Source of the DNA: Eukaryota sp. TZLM1-RC
Taxonomy: Eukaryota; Protista; Metamonada: BaSk clade
Length of the DNA stretch: 64,000 bases
Reading direction: 5' to 3'
NCBI GenBank assembly: GCA_040285825.1
Contig: JAUPSS010000006.1
Span: 186,001 to 250,000 of the forward strand
Position 1 is the stretch's first letter. The number at the start of each line of letters is the position of its first letter. This document shows, in pieces, positions 1 through 11,415 of the stretch. The position numbers were made by a program, and so were the translations under genes. A model generated the notes under the pieces. That model did no database searches and was not told the DNA's origin. It saw nothing but the letters and a program-made list of their open reading frames with translations.

Positions 1-2267
1 TGGCAAATTGAATTATGAGGTAAATTATGAAACCAAAGTCTCATATTCAAAGTCCAAATAGAATCAGTTAGGAAAGTTCCATAATCATTCATGGTCGTAA
101 TTATACTTATTCGAAATGACGGTGCTCTAATGCTTGTAGTTCTTGAAGGGATGACCATCTTTATTGATGTACGATCCAAGATATTTATAACGGTTAGCTC
201 AATCAACATACAAAAGCCCCCTAACTGTTTCCGTAAAACCATACAAACGATAACTACCAATCAAAGTTGCTGTTTTATAAATCACTGAACTTCTTCACTT
301 TAAAAAACTCATAACTAATGGGACAAAATCCATTGAACTAAGATATCCTTCACAGAATTTTGATCTGCTTGTTGTCTAGCTAACGTTTTTCTAATTCGAT
401 TCAAATACCCAGGTAATCCATTAATAATGGCAAATTCAATTCAAGAGCGACAATAAAAAACATCAATAATTATTTATACCTTTTTGAGACGATAATGATA
501 TCTAATTTTGTGAACCCTGAATTGCAATTGAATATATTCTACTGACTTCATTGTTTGATAAAGTTCCCTTCTGATTAGCCAAAAGTTCAATAGTTTATGT
601 GTACATAAAGCAAAATTCACTTTGTGGGAAAATTCCCATCTCGAATATATTGAGTAGAACAACAGCAAGTTGTTGTTCAAAGATCGGTAAAAAATCGCAT
701 ACCACTAAAGTTCAAAAACTTGCTTAAGGATTAACTAAACTTATGAAGGTTCATTTTTGTATTGATTTATGGAATAATACCTGTGGCTTAATTTAATTTG
801 ATGGAATAATGCAGCTTAAAAACGAAAGTTCTAGTTTAAACATCAAAAAGACTGTTCTCTTCACAGAAACAACTGACTTTTTGGACCATTTTTTCAGTTT
901 TGGACAATTTTTTTTCATATTTTTTCAAATTTATTTTTCGTCAAATAATTGATCTTCTTAGTTTTAATTATTCAACAAAATAGGTAATTTGAAATAATAA
1001 ATACAATGACTAGAGCTTTCACTAGTGAATCTTTAGAGCAAGGGAACTTCAAAACACAAACGCATTCTCGGTAAGGATTTTATGATTGTACACAAATAAT
1101 ATAATCAATTTAAACCAAAATCCAAATTAAGTGATCATTAACAGAATAAAGGCGGAATTTCACTATTCAAAATTTTATAGGTTCCGAAGCTCAAAAATTT
1201 CAGCATAATAGACTCAATAACCCTAAATATCGCTACTTTCTGTTGATCAAACCATTACTTATCCACACTTTTAGAAATAACAAGACTTCATAATTGTAAA
1301 AACTCATCCATTTTTGAGTGAATATTATTATTGAGCTTTGAATGGAAGTAATCAAATTTTAACATAATAATAATTTGAACTGAAAAGAGGTATGCTCAAT
1401 ATTCAAAATGTACTATTTAGTGAACAAATTTTGGTCTTTCAGAAGTTACTTCTGCACATCACAACCTATCCTTTTGTATGGACCAAACTGTTTAGAGAGT
1501 TGGGCATAGTGTTGAAACCGAAATTTCAAAAGAAGAATTAGAATGAAGGTCTATCACCACGAAAATAAGACCAATTTCTGTTGATTTTAATCAGAAACAA
1601 TACTGTTCCTGTGATCATTTCACTCTATTGGCTTTGTTAATCATCAATTCTGCTTTTAAAAAATATAATTATCTTTCACTGGATTCTTGGTTGTCGACGT
1701 TGCAAATAAGGGGGTAAGTTGAAGTGTTTTATCAAAGAAGCGGAAAATAGAACATCAACGCAATTTTCAACTCCAGGGATAACTAAAGTGTACTTTAATC
1801 ACTTCACTCTACTTTACCTTAAATCTTTTTTCCATAAAGTGATGACTTCTATGCACTTCTGACGATACTCTAGGACAACCTCAAACATCAGTTAGATATT
1901 GTAACTACTTTTTTGAACACAGAAGATGAAAAAAGTACATTTATTCAGAAACTCATCAAAAACTGATTGGAAACTACATGTAAACACTTGGTACACAAGA
2001 TAATTGCGTAAATCTGCAACCTTTCGGCCTTAAATGGTGTCAGCAGACCCTATTTGGTTGCATAATGGTGCTGGCCTTATAAGGAAGAGGTCAGGTATAC
2101 AGTGTCCTTACATTGCCCAACAATTTATCGAATCAGTTTCATGGCAAAGCAGGCACTGAAAGCGCGCACGAGTTTTTGAAAGCACTTCATTAAACCTACA
2201 GACATTTGCAAACAGTATAGTTCTTTAATTCCATTTTTTGGACCACTTCAGGCATCCCTGCTCTCAA

Positions 2268-4892
2268 CTTTATACTCAACATCAATGAACTGCACCTCAT
2301 GTAGAGAAGCTTTTGATTCCACTCAGCGTCAACCAATGCTGATCTGTAAGGACAATCATTCAGTTTGTGCTTTGTGTGCCAAGAACCTTTTGCGTTGTAA
2401 TATTTGTAACGTTAATGCTCTGCCTCAACCAAAGAAGAACCACGGTCTTCTCAATCTTGTCATAGCGTCCAATGTCGCCAGTTTCTCTCCTGAGATCCCG
2501 TCATCTGACATCAAAATAGGATATAAGATTGGAGAAGGCGGCCAGGCTGTTGTATACGAGGGGACATGGTGTGGTGCTCCTGTTGCACTCAAAGCGGTCT
2601 CTCTTACAGAGCAAGGTGTGTCACTGCTTAAGAGAGAGGTGTCCTTCTTATCAAGATTAGCTAATCCACATATCCTCCGTGTGTTTGGATTGACCTACCT
2701 GGAAGACAAAGTAGCCATTGTCATGGAAAAGGCCTCTGGTTCATTAAACACTCCTTCAGAACTCTCTCCCATGACCCTAAAGCATGCCATTGATATCTGT
2801 AATTCCGTTGCCTATCTCCATTCTCAGAGTGCTGTTCATGGTGATATAAAGCCAGCCAACATCTTGATGCTTCATGGTGAAGTTCGAATAGGCGATTTTG
2901 GCACTTCCAGAACCATTGCCAACACAACCAAACTCCCGTCTAGCACAGCCATTACTGCCAAGTATGCTCCTCCCGAAGCTTTTGATAACGAAATCCATCC
3001 TGCTGGTGATGTTTACTCCGTTGGGGTAGTGTTATTTGAGTTACTAACAAACACCGAGGCTTTTGCTGGTTTAAATCCAATGGCGCTTTTTGGAGCGAAG
3101 ATGAATGATAGACCACTCCCCTTTCCTGCTAATGTACCTCTACTGTTGAAAGAGTTGATAACTAATTGTTGCCGTAAAGAGCCTAATGAGAGACCTTGTG
3201 TTTTCCAAGTCATCAATGTTTTGGAATCATTAAGAGATTCTTTGGGTTTAAAAATTGATCTTGTTCAAAACTCAAGGTCTAATCAAATGAAACATTGTTT
3301 ATCCAATGCTGACATTGAAAGAGCGGTTGCTCAGGCTAATGCTGCTAATGAGGATAGAATAGCTGGTCTTGAGCAACAATTAGAACAAGTTGCTGCTGAA
3401 AGAGACCAAATTGCAACTGAAAGAGACCATAATAAAGCTCAACTTGATAGGGTTAGAGCTGAAAATCAAACCTTGCAAAAACGAAATGAAGAATTATCAA
3501 GGAATTTGGAATCTGCAAAAAGGGAAATCAACAATTCAAGGAAGGTGAATGATTCCGAAGCTGTGCCACGTGTTCCTCGTAAGGCGACTCCAAGCCTTGG
3601 AACTATTCGAAGATGCCAGCTAAGTGTTCCTAGAAGAGGTTCCAGAGGTTCAAATGGTGTGGTTTTTTCAAAGGTATATAAGTATAGTAGGGTTTATGTT
3701 TCTGATGATGGTTTGATGGCTGAAGGTGGTGGTGGTGGTTACCAATCAATAAGAGGAGATAAGCCCTTGAAGCATGGTAGTGTTCATAAATGGAGGGTTA
3801 GATATGAAGGTGATAGAGGTGGTTTTGTCATTGGTGTGATTGCTGGGAAGAAGTTTGACTTTAGGTACAACAGCTCTGATGTCTATGGTTGTTGGAATGC
3901 AGGTTACCCCATCAACACCTCTGGAAAATGTACCCAATGGAAAGAAGGTGATGTAATTGAAATCACTGTTGATTTAGTTAATTACACCATTAATTTGAAG
4001 GAGGTTGGTTCAGGTTATATTGATATAAATGGTGAACTACCTAGATTAGATGGTGATTCTTATTATCCTTATTTTGCGTTGTACTACCCAAGCGACAAAT
4101 TGTATATTGTAGAGTAATTGTGTTTGATTTGTTTTATAAATCATTTTTTTAAATCATTGTTTAATTTCAATTTATCAATTCCAACAAAATGATCATATTA
4201 ATCAATGAATTGACCAAAAACTTGTTCAATTTTCAGTAGAATTGTAAATTATTCAATGCTATTTAAATAAATAAAAGTTTTGAATTAGTTTGTTTAAACA
4301 TCAACTTTACACCAATTTTAACTGAAATAAAGAAACATTTAATACACACTTTGTACAAAAATTTACTAACCTTATAAAACATAAAAAGCGACTGAACAGT
4401 TCATTGAGTGCAATATTGATAAATGAAATAAACTTGAATAGACCATTTGCCATTGCAATGATGGATGGGTTACAAAGTAGCCAATCCTGAACAAAGCTTT
4501 GTCCAGAGTAGTTTCAGCAACACAAATGGTGACAGTACATTCAAAACAACGATGTGAGATGTTGGTGGGGAGAAATGAGAAGTTAGTCTTCAATTGAAGA
4601 ATTGCCCCTCTTGTGGATAGAGTTCAACTTCGATTGATGAGGAGAAAGCAAATGAAGCAAGTGAATTGTCGAGAAGCACACCTTTGGTTTCAGAAGATGA
4701 AGTTCGTCAAAGAATCTACGAAGAAGTGGACAGTCAATTGGTAAGGGATGAATGTATCCTTGAAGATGTAGCTTCTGAGGGATTGGTTATGGAAAAAGTG
4801 TATTCTACCATGATGAAGAGGGGGAAATGTGTTCTATTTCTTGGGAATGATTGCTCTACATTAATGCTCTTTTTACCTTTTACTAATTATTT
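2268..4892. repeat. Left arm of a ~2.6 kb inverted segmental duplication (partner ~17855-20382)
   Basis: The kinase gene plus ~770 bp of 3' flank matches the reverse complement of 17855-20382. Ends are approximate. Confidence 0.88.
2285..4117 (+). CDS. RING finger - TKL-like Ser/Thr kinase - coiled coil - B30.2/SPRY protein (610 aa)
   Basis: N-terminal CxxC..CxxxHxxCxxC..CxxC RING. Kinase motifs GEGGQAVV, VALK, HGDIKPAN, DFG, YAPPE, DVYS. Heptad-rich linker. C-terminal SPRY-like IRGDKPL..KWRV..FVIGV..GDVIEITVDL..YPYF. Confidence 0.88.
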   Translation: MNCTSCREAFDSTQRQPMLICKDNHSVCALCAKNLLRCNICNVNALPQPKKNHGLLNLVIASNVASFSPEIPSSDIKIGYKIGEGGQAVVYEGTWCGAPVALKAVSLTEQGVSLLKREVSFLSRLANPHILRVFGLTYLEDKVAIVMEKASGSLNTPSELSPMTLKHAIDICNSVAYLHSQSAVHGDIKPANILMLHGEVRIGDFGTSRTIANTTKLPSSTAITAKYAPPEAFDNEIHPAGDVYSVGVVLFELLTNTEAFAGLNPMALFGAKMNDRPLPFPANVPLLLKELITNCCRKEPNERPCVFQVINVLESLRDSLGLKIDLVQNSRSNQMKHCLSNADIERAVAQANAANEDRIAGLEQQLEQVAAERDQIATERDHNKAQLDRVRAENQTLQKRNEELSRNLESAKREINNSRKVNDSEAVPRVPRKATPSLGTIRRCQLSVPRRGSRGSNGVVFSKVYKYSRVYVSDDGLMAEGGGGGYQSIRGDKPLKHGSVHKWRVRYEGDRGGFVIGVIAGKKFDFRYNSSDVYGCWNAGYPINTSGKCTQWKEGDVIEITVDLVNYTINLKEVGSGYIDINGELPRLDGDSYYPYFALYYPSDKLYIVE

Positions 4893-5250
4893 AATTAGTA
4901 ATCAGCGTGACCGTTTTGTGACTCTTACCAACTATTTACTGTCTATTTTGGACAAGATTTCTGCAAAACTAAATGTTAATGATAAGAAAGTTGACACAAA
5001 AGAAGGTAAAAAGCAATCTGACAAGGTAAAGAGCTCAGAGTCGGATGGGTTGAAAATTTTAAAATTTTACCGAGATTTCAAACAGCGTAAATTAAAACAG
5101 AGTCTATATTCAAGCATAATTAAATGATCTTACTAATCAAATGTTTGACCAAAAACTTGTCCAATTTTCAGTGGATTGTAAATTAATCAATGATTTTTAC
5201 ATAAATACAAGTTTTGAATTAGTTGTTCTTAGTAACTAGTTATTATAGTC

Positions 5251-5716
5251 TAGGGTTGTTAATCGCTTCAGTTCAAAATTACTCAAATGACAATTTTTTA
5301 AACAACGCCATTGCATATTTTTTTATAAATTTTTTTGTTTCATATAAAACATTCTAAATTAAACAAAAAACACAACTTCTGCAAACAATCAAACTCTCAT
5401 CATTTTCGTCTGCATAAGATTCGCAGCGTTGTGTCGTCATAGATTAAACATTTTCTGTCGTTATCAAAGTTTCGTTCACAGATGAGAACATGAATCATTG
5501 TACCTTTATTGGTTTAACGTGTATGTTTTGTACAAAAGATTCAATTTGTCATAACACCATGACAGAAGTGCCGATTGTCATAAAATAATGACGCCATGGC
5601 TAGCCATAGTTCAAAATAACTTCAAAATTCTTTGGAAAAGAACTTGAACCAGTGCACGAGTAGCATGAACTGATCCGGTTCATAAACTGAGATGAACTGA
5701 ACTTCTAATAACACTA
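5251..5716. mobile_element. Degenerate hAT-like MITE
   Basis: Imperfect TIRs TAGGGTTGTTAATCGCTTCAGTTC / TAGTGTTATTAGAAGTTCAGTTC, subterminal GAACTGA repeats, flanked by direct TAGTC (5246-5250 and 5717-5721). Confidence 0.5.
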
Positions 5717-6374
5717 TAGTCATTTGTTTGTGCAAAAAGTGCCTCTTTTGTGCTTATCAACTTTATAAATCATGACACGCGATTCAAAAGTTCATGGAAT
5801 ACACGATTAAATGTAATAATCATGGATAGACCATTTGCCATTGTAATGGTGGACGGGTTACAATGCAGCAACATCTGAACAAAGCTTTGTCATCACAATG
5901 GTTTGATACTGTTCTTCTCATAAACGGATAAGAGATGATATATATCCGAGTTTTATTTAGCTTTATGACCTTGACATAATTTGGTCCTTTACCTAGCTGG
6001 TTCGAATTTCCTTGATGGTTATTCATTATTCACTCTATGTTTCTTTATCAAAGAGTGCACCGAGTGCGAAATTTAATTAATTTCTGTGCAAACTATGAAC
6101 CGTTGTACAACAAAGAGGTGATTTGATTGTTTTCAGCTAAAATGATAGTTTTACCATTTTTGATTTTAAATCCTTGAGATCCTTAAAATTCTTCTAACGA
6201 ACATTTCATTAACTCGGATGTCATTAATCCTCTTCTCACTAACGAAAAATATTTATTTGTAATATTAAATATGTAATACTAAAGTAAATTGATATTATTA
6301 TTTTAATTTTAATTTTAATTTTAAACTGAAATTTAAAATTGCTAAATACGCGAAACCCCTTTCTTCTTTCAAAG

Positions 6375-6662
6375 AAAATTCTCTTGCCGAACAATTATTT
6401 ATTTCCTTTTGTTTTTTCCTTGCTTGGATTTTTAGGTAAGCCTGCTATGGCTTTCCTTGAGAATTTTCATGTAGTTGTAAAGGAAAGAACAGGAAGAATT
6501 TTCAATCGTGTTTACTGGCAAAACAGGATTGTATTTTTCATTTTTAAGAGAATGTTGAAATTAATTTCTGATTCACTCTCTTCGTTTGGGAAATTTTCCG
6601 AATCTTTAGTACTTAAATGTTTTAAAATAAAAATGGCAGATTTTGAGGATGTGGAGCTTTAG
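6375..6662 (+). mobile_element. 3' fragment of an RLE-type non-LTR retrotransposon
   Basis: YLFPFVFSLLG..VKERTGRIFNRVYWQNRIVF is homologous to the C-terminus of the 15686-16501 ORF. Confidence 0.75.
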
Positions 6663-6899
6663 TTGTGAGTTTCATGATTTTTTATTTTTCATTAGATAAA
6701 TAAACACAAGTAATTGAAAACAAAGGTTGAAGAATTGCCTTCCTTGTGGGTAGAATTTGACTTCGATTAAAGACGAGAAATCAAGTGAATTGTAGAGAAA
6801 CACACCTTTGGTTACAGAAGATGAAGTTCGTGGAAGAGTCTATAAGAAGGAAGTGTTAGTTTTGGTTAATATTTATAGTTTTAGTTTATTCTAGTTCAA

Positions 6900-7662
6900 T
6901 CTTTTTGGTCCAAAATTTATGGTATTCTACTCAATGATCATCAATGGACCACCGTTATGAGAATGGGATGTTTTTTATGGCTTTGTTCGTTAGCAAATGA
7001 TTCAATTTGTCGCTGCAAGAATGTGGTTACGCTTTCCCATATTTTAAACTGTAAGTATTTTATAACTTATCGCTCAATTGTTCATGACTCATTTTGTCAT
7101 CAATTGTTAGCTATGTGTAAAAGTTTCAATATTAAGGCGTTCATTGAACCTTTAGTTCGTGAGCTATCTCCAGGTCAAACTTATGATTCTTTTGATAAAA
7201 GAAGGGCAGATTTAGTAGGTCCAGGGGTCGACGGTGGTGTCAACGTTGTGAAAGATGTCTCAGTGGATGTCTGCAAAAATTCTGCTACTCGTTTGGTGTG
7301 TTCCGCTGATTCGCCGTTATCTAACGCCGAAAAAAAAGAAAATCATAAAATATGAAGAACCATTGGCACAGTTAGGTAGAGTCAAGTATGTGAAATATCA
7401 GTTTGTGCCGTTTGCAACTTCATTTTTTGGCATTATTGGACCTTCAGGGTCACACTTTTTTGAAAATTTGAAAAAAAATTTCTGAATAGATCTCATTAAA
7501 ATTTAATTCCACTTTTTGGTTAAATGGAATTGTTTTTTGCATTTTGAAGTCTATTCCAACAATGATTTCTAAAGCTCTTTTAGCTATTGGTGTAGAATAT
7601 GAACGAAATGCTGTGAGTAGGTTTAGTAATAGTGATGCTTGTTTGGAGGATATTGAATATTA
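6900..7662 (+). mobile_element. Frameshifted 3' fragment of an RLE-type non-LTR retrotransposon (CCHC knuckle + RLE)
   Basis: CRC..HILNC..HD, RRADLV, AEK..KY and FVPFA motifs spread across frames. Confidence 0.8.
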
Positions 7663-8449
7663 GGCAGTATTTTAGTTCAAAAAAATTATAGTTCATAAGA
7701 ATTAGTTTTTGAATTTTTTTTGTCAAGTTGAATAGATTACTGAGATAAATCTGAAACTTTTTTTTGAAAAAATATCCCTATTATTCTTTTTTATACAAGG
7801 CTGCTATACCATGTAGCTTACTGATTTATTAACTCATCCAAACAGTTTGGACCACATTTAAAAAATACTATGAGAAAATCTGGTTCGTTAAATCACGTTT
7901 AACGAACCTCCATTTTTTCAAAGTTTTTCCGAATCTCAAAAATTCCTTCTCAAATTTTGAACCAGAAGCATCGTATCTGACACAACATTTATCCAGCAAC
8001 AATGGTGGAAAGGGACCATCGACCACTGTCGGTATAATGCAACCTCGGTGCTTCAAGACAACAGGGGAATGAGTGATGGATGATGAGTTTTCCACAATTT
8101 TACACAAAATCGATAGGGTGGTGCCTTGGACATAAGTGAAACTTTGAATGTCATGTATTGCCAAAGTGTAAGTTGGACATACATGGAATTCCCTAAAACA
8201 TAATGAGTGATGACGTAGCAAATATTGTGATTAATTTCTGGGAAGATATCTTGAGTGTAAGTGATCTTAATGTGAAAAATGTTATGGGACAATATAGTAA
8301 ATAACCAGAAAGGTCTTTACTTCGAGATCACAGAATCGTGGGAGAGTGGAGTTTTCAACAGGACACAGATGATTTTGATGAACACATTTGAAATACCACC
8401 TTCACCTCTTCTCTCCCTTCTCTCTTCTTATTAGTTCTCCTGTTAATCA

Positions 8450-9484
8450 ATGACAGATGACTTTGAACAAGAACTTCTAGAACATCCTTTCTTTGCTCAA
8501 AGAGTTCCTGACAACATTCAAGATAATGAAGCATTCTCAGCAATGCAAGCACTTGTCTATGAAGATCCACCACCCCAAGTCTGCATCAACTTCAAAAATA
8601 ATGCAGATGATTACCTCAAAAAATACACTGAAACCAAGAAGAAACAATTTCTGAAGAATGCCCTCACTTGGTATGACAAAGCAATGACGGTAGACGGTCT
8701 CACAGAAGAAGACGAACCTACACGTGTTTTGGTGCTCGCAAATCGATGCCAAGCCCACCTTTATGCCCACAATTATCGCAGTGCATTAGCTGACGGATTA
8801 CGTGTACTCAAGTTCTCCCCAAGTCATGTCAAGGCCGCATATAGAGCAATGACCGCCGCTTTTGAGTTGAAGCAGCCTGACATTGTGGTTTCTCTTTATA
8901 ATAACATTTCAAAACATTGTACGTCTTTACCTAAAAGCTTGCATACATTATATCAAAAGGCATCTGTGCTAGAACAACAATTACAAAAGAAACGAGAATA
9001 TGAGCAGCAACAAATACAAATAAAAGAACAAAAACTACAACAATATGAGGACTTATTGGAACGTCATGGGGTTTTAATAGGTCCTTCTCTGGTAAATATC
9101 GCTGATGATTGCGTTTCTAACACGGATCTGCCGTTTTGGGAGCAAGATGGCCAGCTTTTCGGCAAGATATTACTCTTCTTTCCAGAGTTTAATACATCTG
9201 ATCTGTTAAAGGAGGTTTGCTTTGATGCCAGTTGTGAGGACATTCTATCCCACGTGTTTGAAGTTCCTCTCTCCAACGAGTACACTTTTGATAACGTAGA
9301 TCTATACTACCGTCAGTCAAACAATGAGCAGCAGATCTGGTCAGGGGATTGGATCAAGATACCCAGGAGCATGGAGTTGAGGAAGCTCGTGGGAAGGCGA
9401 AAGTACAAGTATATCTGCCCTAAAGTTTGCTCCTTCTTTGTTTTTGTTACTGGTGGTGAATTTGCACGTAGATTTATGCAATAG
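8450..9484 (+). CDS. TTC4: TPR co-chaperone of the Cns1/TTC4 family
   Basis: HPFF..AMQALVYE N-terminus, three TPRs (FKNNADD, LANRCQAH, NYRSALAD, HVKAAYRA) and a wheel-domain-like LFFPEFNTSDL. Confidence 0.9.
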   Translation: MTDDFEQELLEHPFFAQRVPDNIQDNEAFSAMQALVYEDPPPQVCINFKNNADDYLKKYTETKKKQFLKNALTWYDKAMTVDGLTEEDEPTRVLVLANRCQAHLYAHNYRSALADGLRVLKFSPSHVKAAYRAMTAAFELKQPDIVVSLYNNISKHCTSLPKSLHTLYQKASVLEQQLQKKREYEQQQIQIKEQKLQQYEDLLERHGVLIGPSLVNIADDCVSNTDLPFWEQDGQLFGKILLFFPEFNTSDLLKEVCFDASCEDILSHVFEVPLSNEYTFDNVDLYYRQSNNEQQIWSGDWIKIPRSMELRKLVGRRKYKYICPKVCSFFVFVTGGEFARRFMQ

Positions 9485-10204
9485 ATTAGTTTTTACTCAC
9501 TTAAATTTTTTAATTTTTCTTTATTTTCCTTTATGCAAACACAAAATAGAAATTTATTTAACATTTAATTTAGTTAACAAAACATTGTATCAGTCTTTTG
9601 TTCACATTATTTATTCTGATGGGAAACTAAACAACAAAATTCTAATTCTGAGGATTCATATCCCAAATCAGCCAAAATGAATTGAATGGAAGTTTTTCCT
9701 TCATGAAAGCGACCAAGAGATAATAAGGCAGAAGACATTAAGGGAACAACACCTTTAAAAGTTGAAAATACAATTCTGTTCTGACAAAATAAATTGTCAA
9801 AAAAGTTTCCTTGATTCAGTAGAGGTGGATATTGTCTATCTATGTCGAATCAAATCAAATTTTGTGCAACAGCCGAAAGAACTTGCTTCTTGGCGTTTTT
9901 CGTTTCAGTGCATTCAATTCCAATTATGGATGAACTTGAGAATCAAACAAAAATTAAACTTATAACGCTAATCAATACCACAGTCGTCTTTGTGTAACGA
10001 TAGTTAATCAAATAGATTGGCGCCACAAACATTCATATTTGCAATTCATCCAATCTTGTTCTGAATCTTGTGATCTGAATCTTGTGATCTAAATCTATTG
10101 CTTTCTATAACTCTGATTGAGAGAACAAATGATTCTAGTATTGCGAAATGCTTAATCCAAATGCCTGATACAAACAAAATTTATTCAAAAATTATACAAA
10201 AAAA

Positions 10205-10699
10205 CTAATATTCATCATCAATATTGTCATCATTATTATTGTTCTCAAGAGCAACATTACTTTTGCAGTCTTCAATAACATTCATTATATGGCTAGGGTT
10301 GTTGATGTAATGCATCTTGGAACGAATAAAGGCTTTGGCACGAGCCATGGAGAACCTCCTCATGCGGTCCCCAAGTGAGTCGATCATGCTTATACAGGCA
10401 TCAAATTTGGCTTGGTTGGGGTCAAAGACAGCGCGTTTGAGGAGATCAAACATAAATTCAGTGACGGCGGGCTTTGATTGATGGGCCAGGAAGTAAACGA
10501 AAACCAACTTGAGAATGGAGTAGAAAGGCAGCCAGCTGATTAGCAAATCAGCAAACTTTTGGACAACAAGCAAGATGGAAAAGCAGACCCAGTACTTCAA
10601 CCAACGTTGCTGATCATCAGTGTTGTTGTTTTTGATGGACTTGAAGGTAACGTAAGCGGGACTGAGAAGACCGATGTAGAGGAGGATCAGTGAAAGCAT
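10205..10699 (-). CDS. TB2/DP1/HVA22 (REEP/Yop1) family membrane protein
   Basis: PAYVTFKSI..DDQQRWLKYWV..ISWLPFYSILKL signature. Start placed at the ATG of MLSLILL. Confidence 0.9.
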   Translation of the reverse strand: MLSLILLYIGLLSPAYVTFKSIKNNNTDDQQRWLKYWVCFSILLVVQKFADLLISWLPFYSILKLVFVYFLAHQSKPAVTEFMFDLLKRAVFDPNQAKFDACISMIDSLGDRMRRFSMARAKAFIRSKMHYINNPSHIMNVIEDCKSNVALENNNNDDNIDDEY

Positions 10700-11415
10700 G
10701 GGAATAGATTCAATGCAAAGCAAAGTTGTTTGTTATCAAATCAAGATCTATTGGGGACAGCGATCTATTTGTGACATACAGACCACCTCATTGCATAGCA
10801 GCTTTCTGACATTGAATCCATCGTTCATTATACATGTCAATGAGACTCCTTTGTTTATTAACACAATAATTAATCTCAATGTCGATCCAGAAGTCTGAAG
10901 AATGACTATTTCAAAACCTATAGCAGTTCGTCAAACTCAATCACAAAAAAGGTTACGTTTGAAACGGTAATGCTGAAACAATTATGGTATTCAACAAAAT
11001 AAATAATCAATAAGTTCTATTAGTATAATAAATATGAATCGTTTCCAAGAGCTTGTTGCCTTCCAACTAAGAAAGGCGCAGAAAATTCTCCTATTTATAG
11101 TTTTTATTGTTAGCACCTTTAAAATCTTTATGATGGTCGCACTCACCGCATTTCAAAAAATTGAATCAAATTATTTATTGACACGACACGAAACCATTTG
11201 ACGAAATTAATTTCTTTGTTTCCTACACATGGGAATATCATTAATTTAACCAGTTAGTCATTGTGATTTCAAAACTTTCAGCAGAAATGTTTTTTGAGAT
11301 AAAGTTTGACAAGAATGTTCAAGAAGATAAATTAAAGCAATTTTATTTTTAAATAATACAATAAATATACAAAATAACCACAATAAACCAATAAAATCTT
11401 ACAAAATATAATAAA

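Noticed and set aside
3650-4117. Diversity-generating retroelement acting on SPRY
   Set aside because: No adenine-rich template repeat or DGR-type RT is present in the window, and the indels fit ordinary positive selection.
4666-5127. 153-aa ORF as a gene
   Set aside because: Non-ATG start, and it is disrupted in the duplicated arm. Probably the antisense of a decayed sequence.
7868-8292. Frameshifted minus-strand ORF pair upstream of TTC4
   Set aside because: May be a gene remnant, but no family was recognisable.
10061-10092. CTGAATCTTGTGAT tandem repeat
   Set aside because: About 2.5 copies only, consistent with ordinary slippage.
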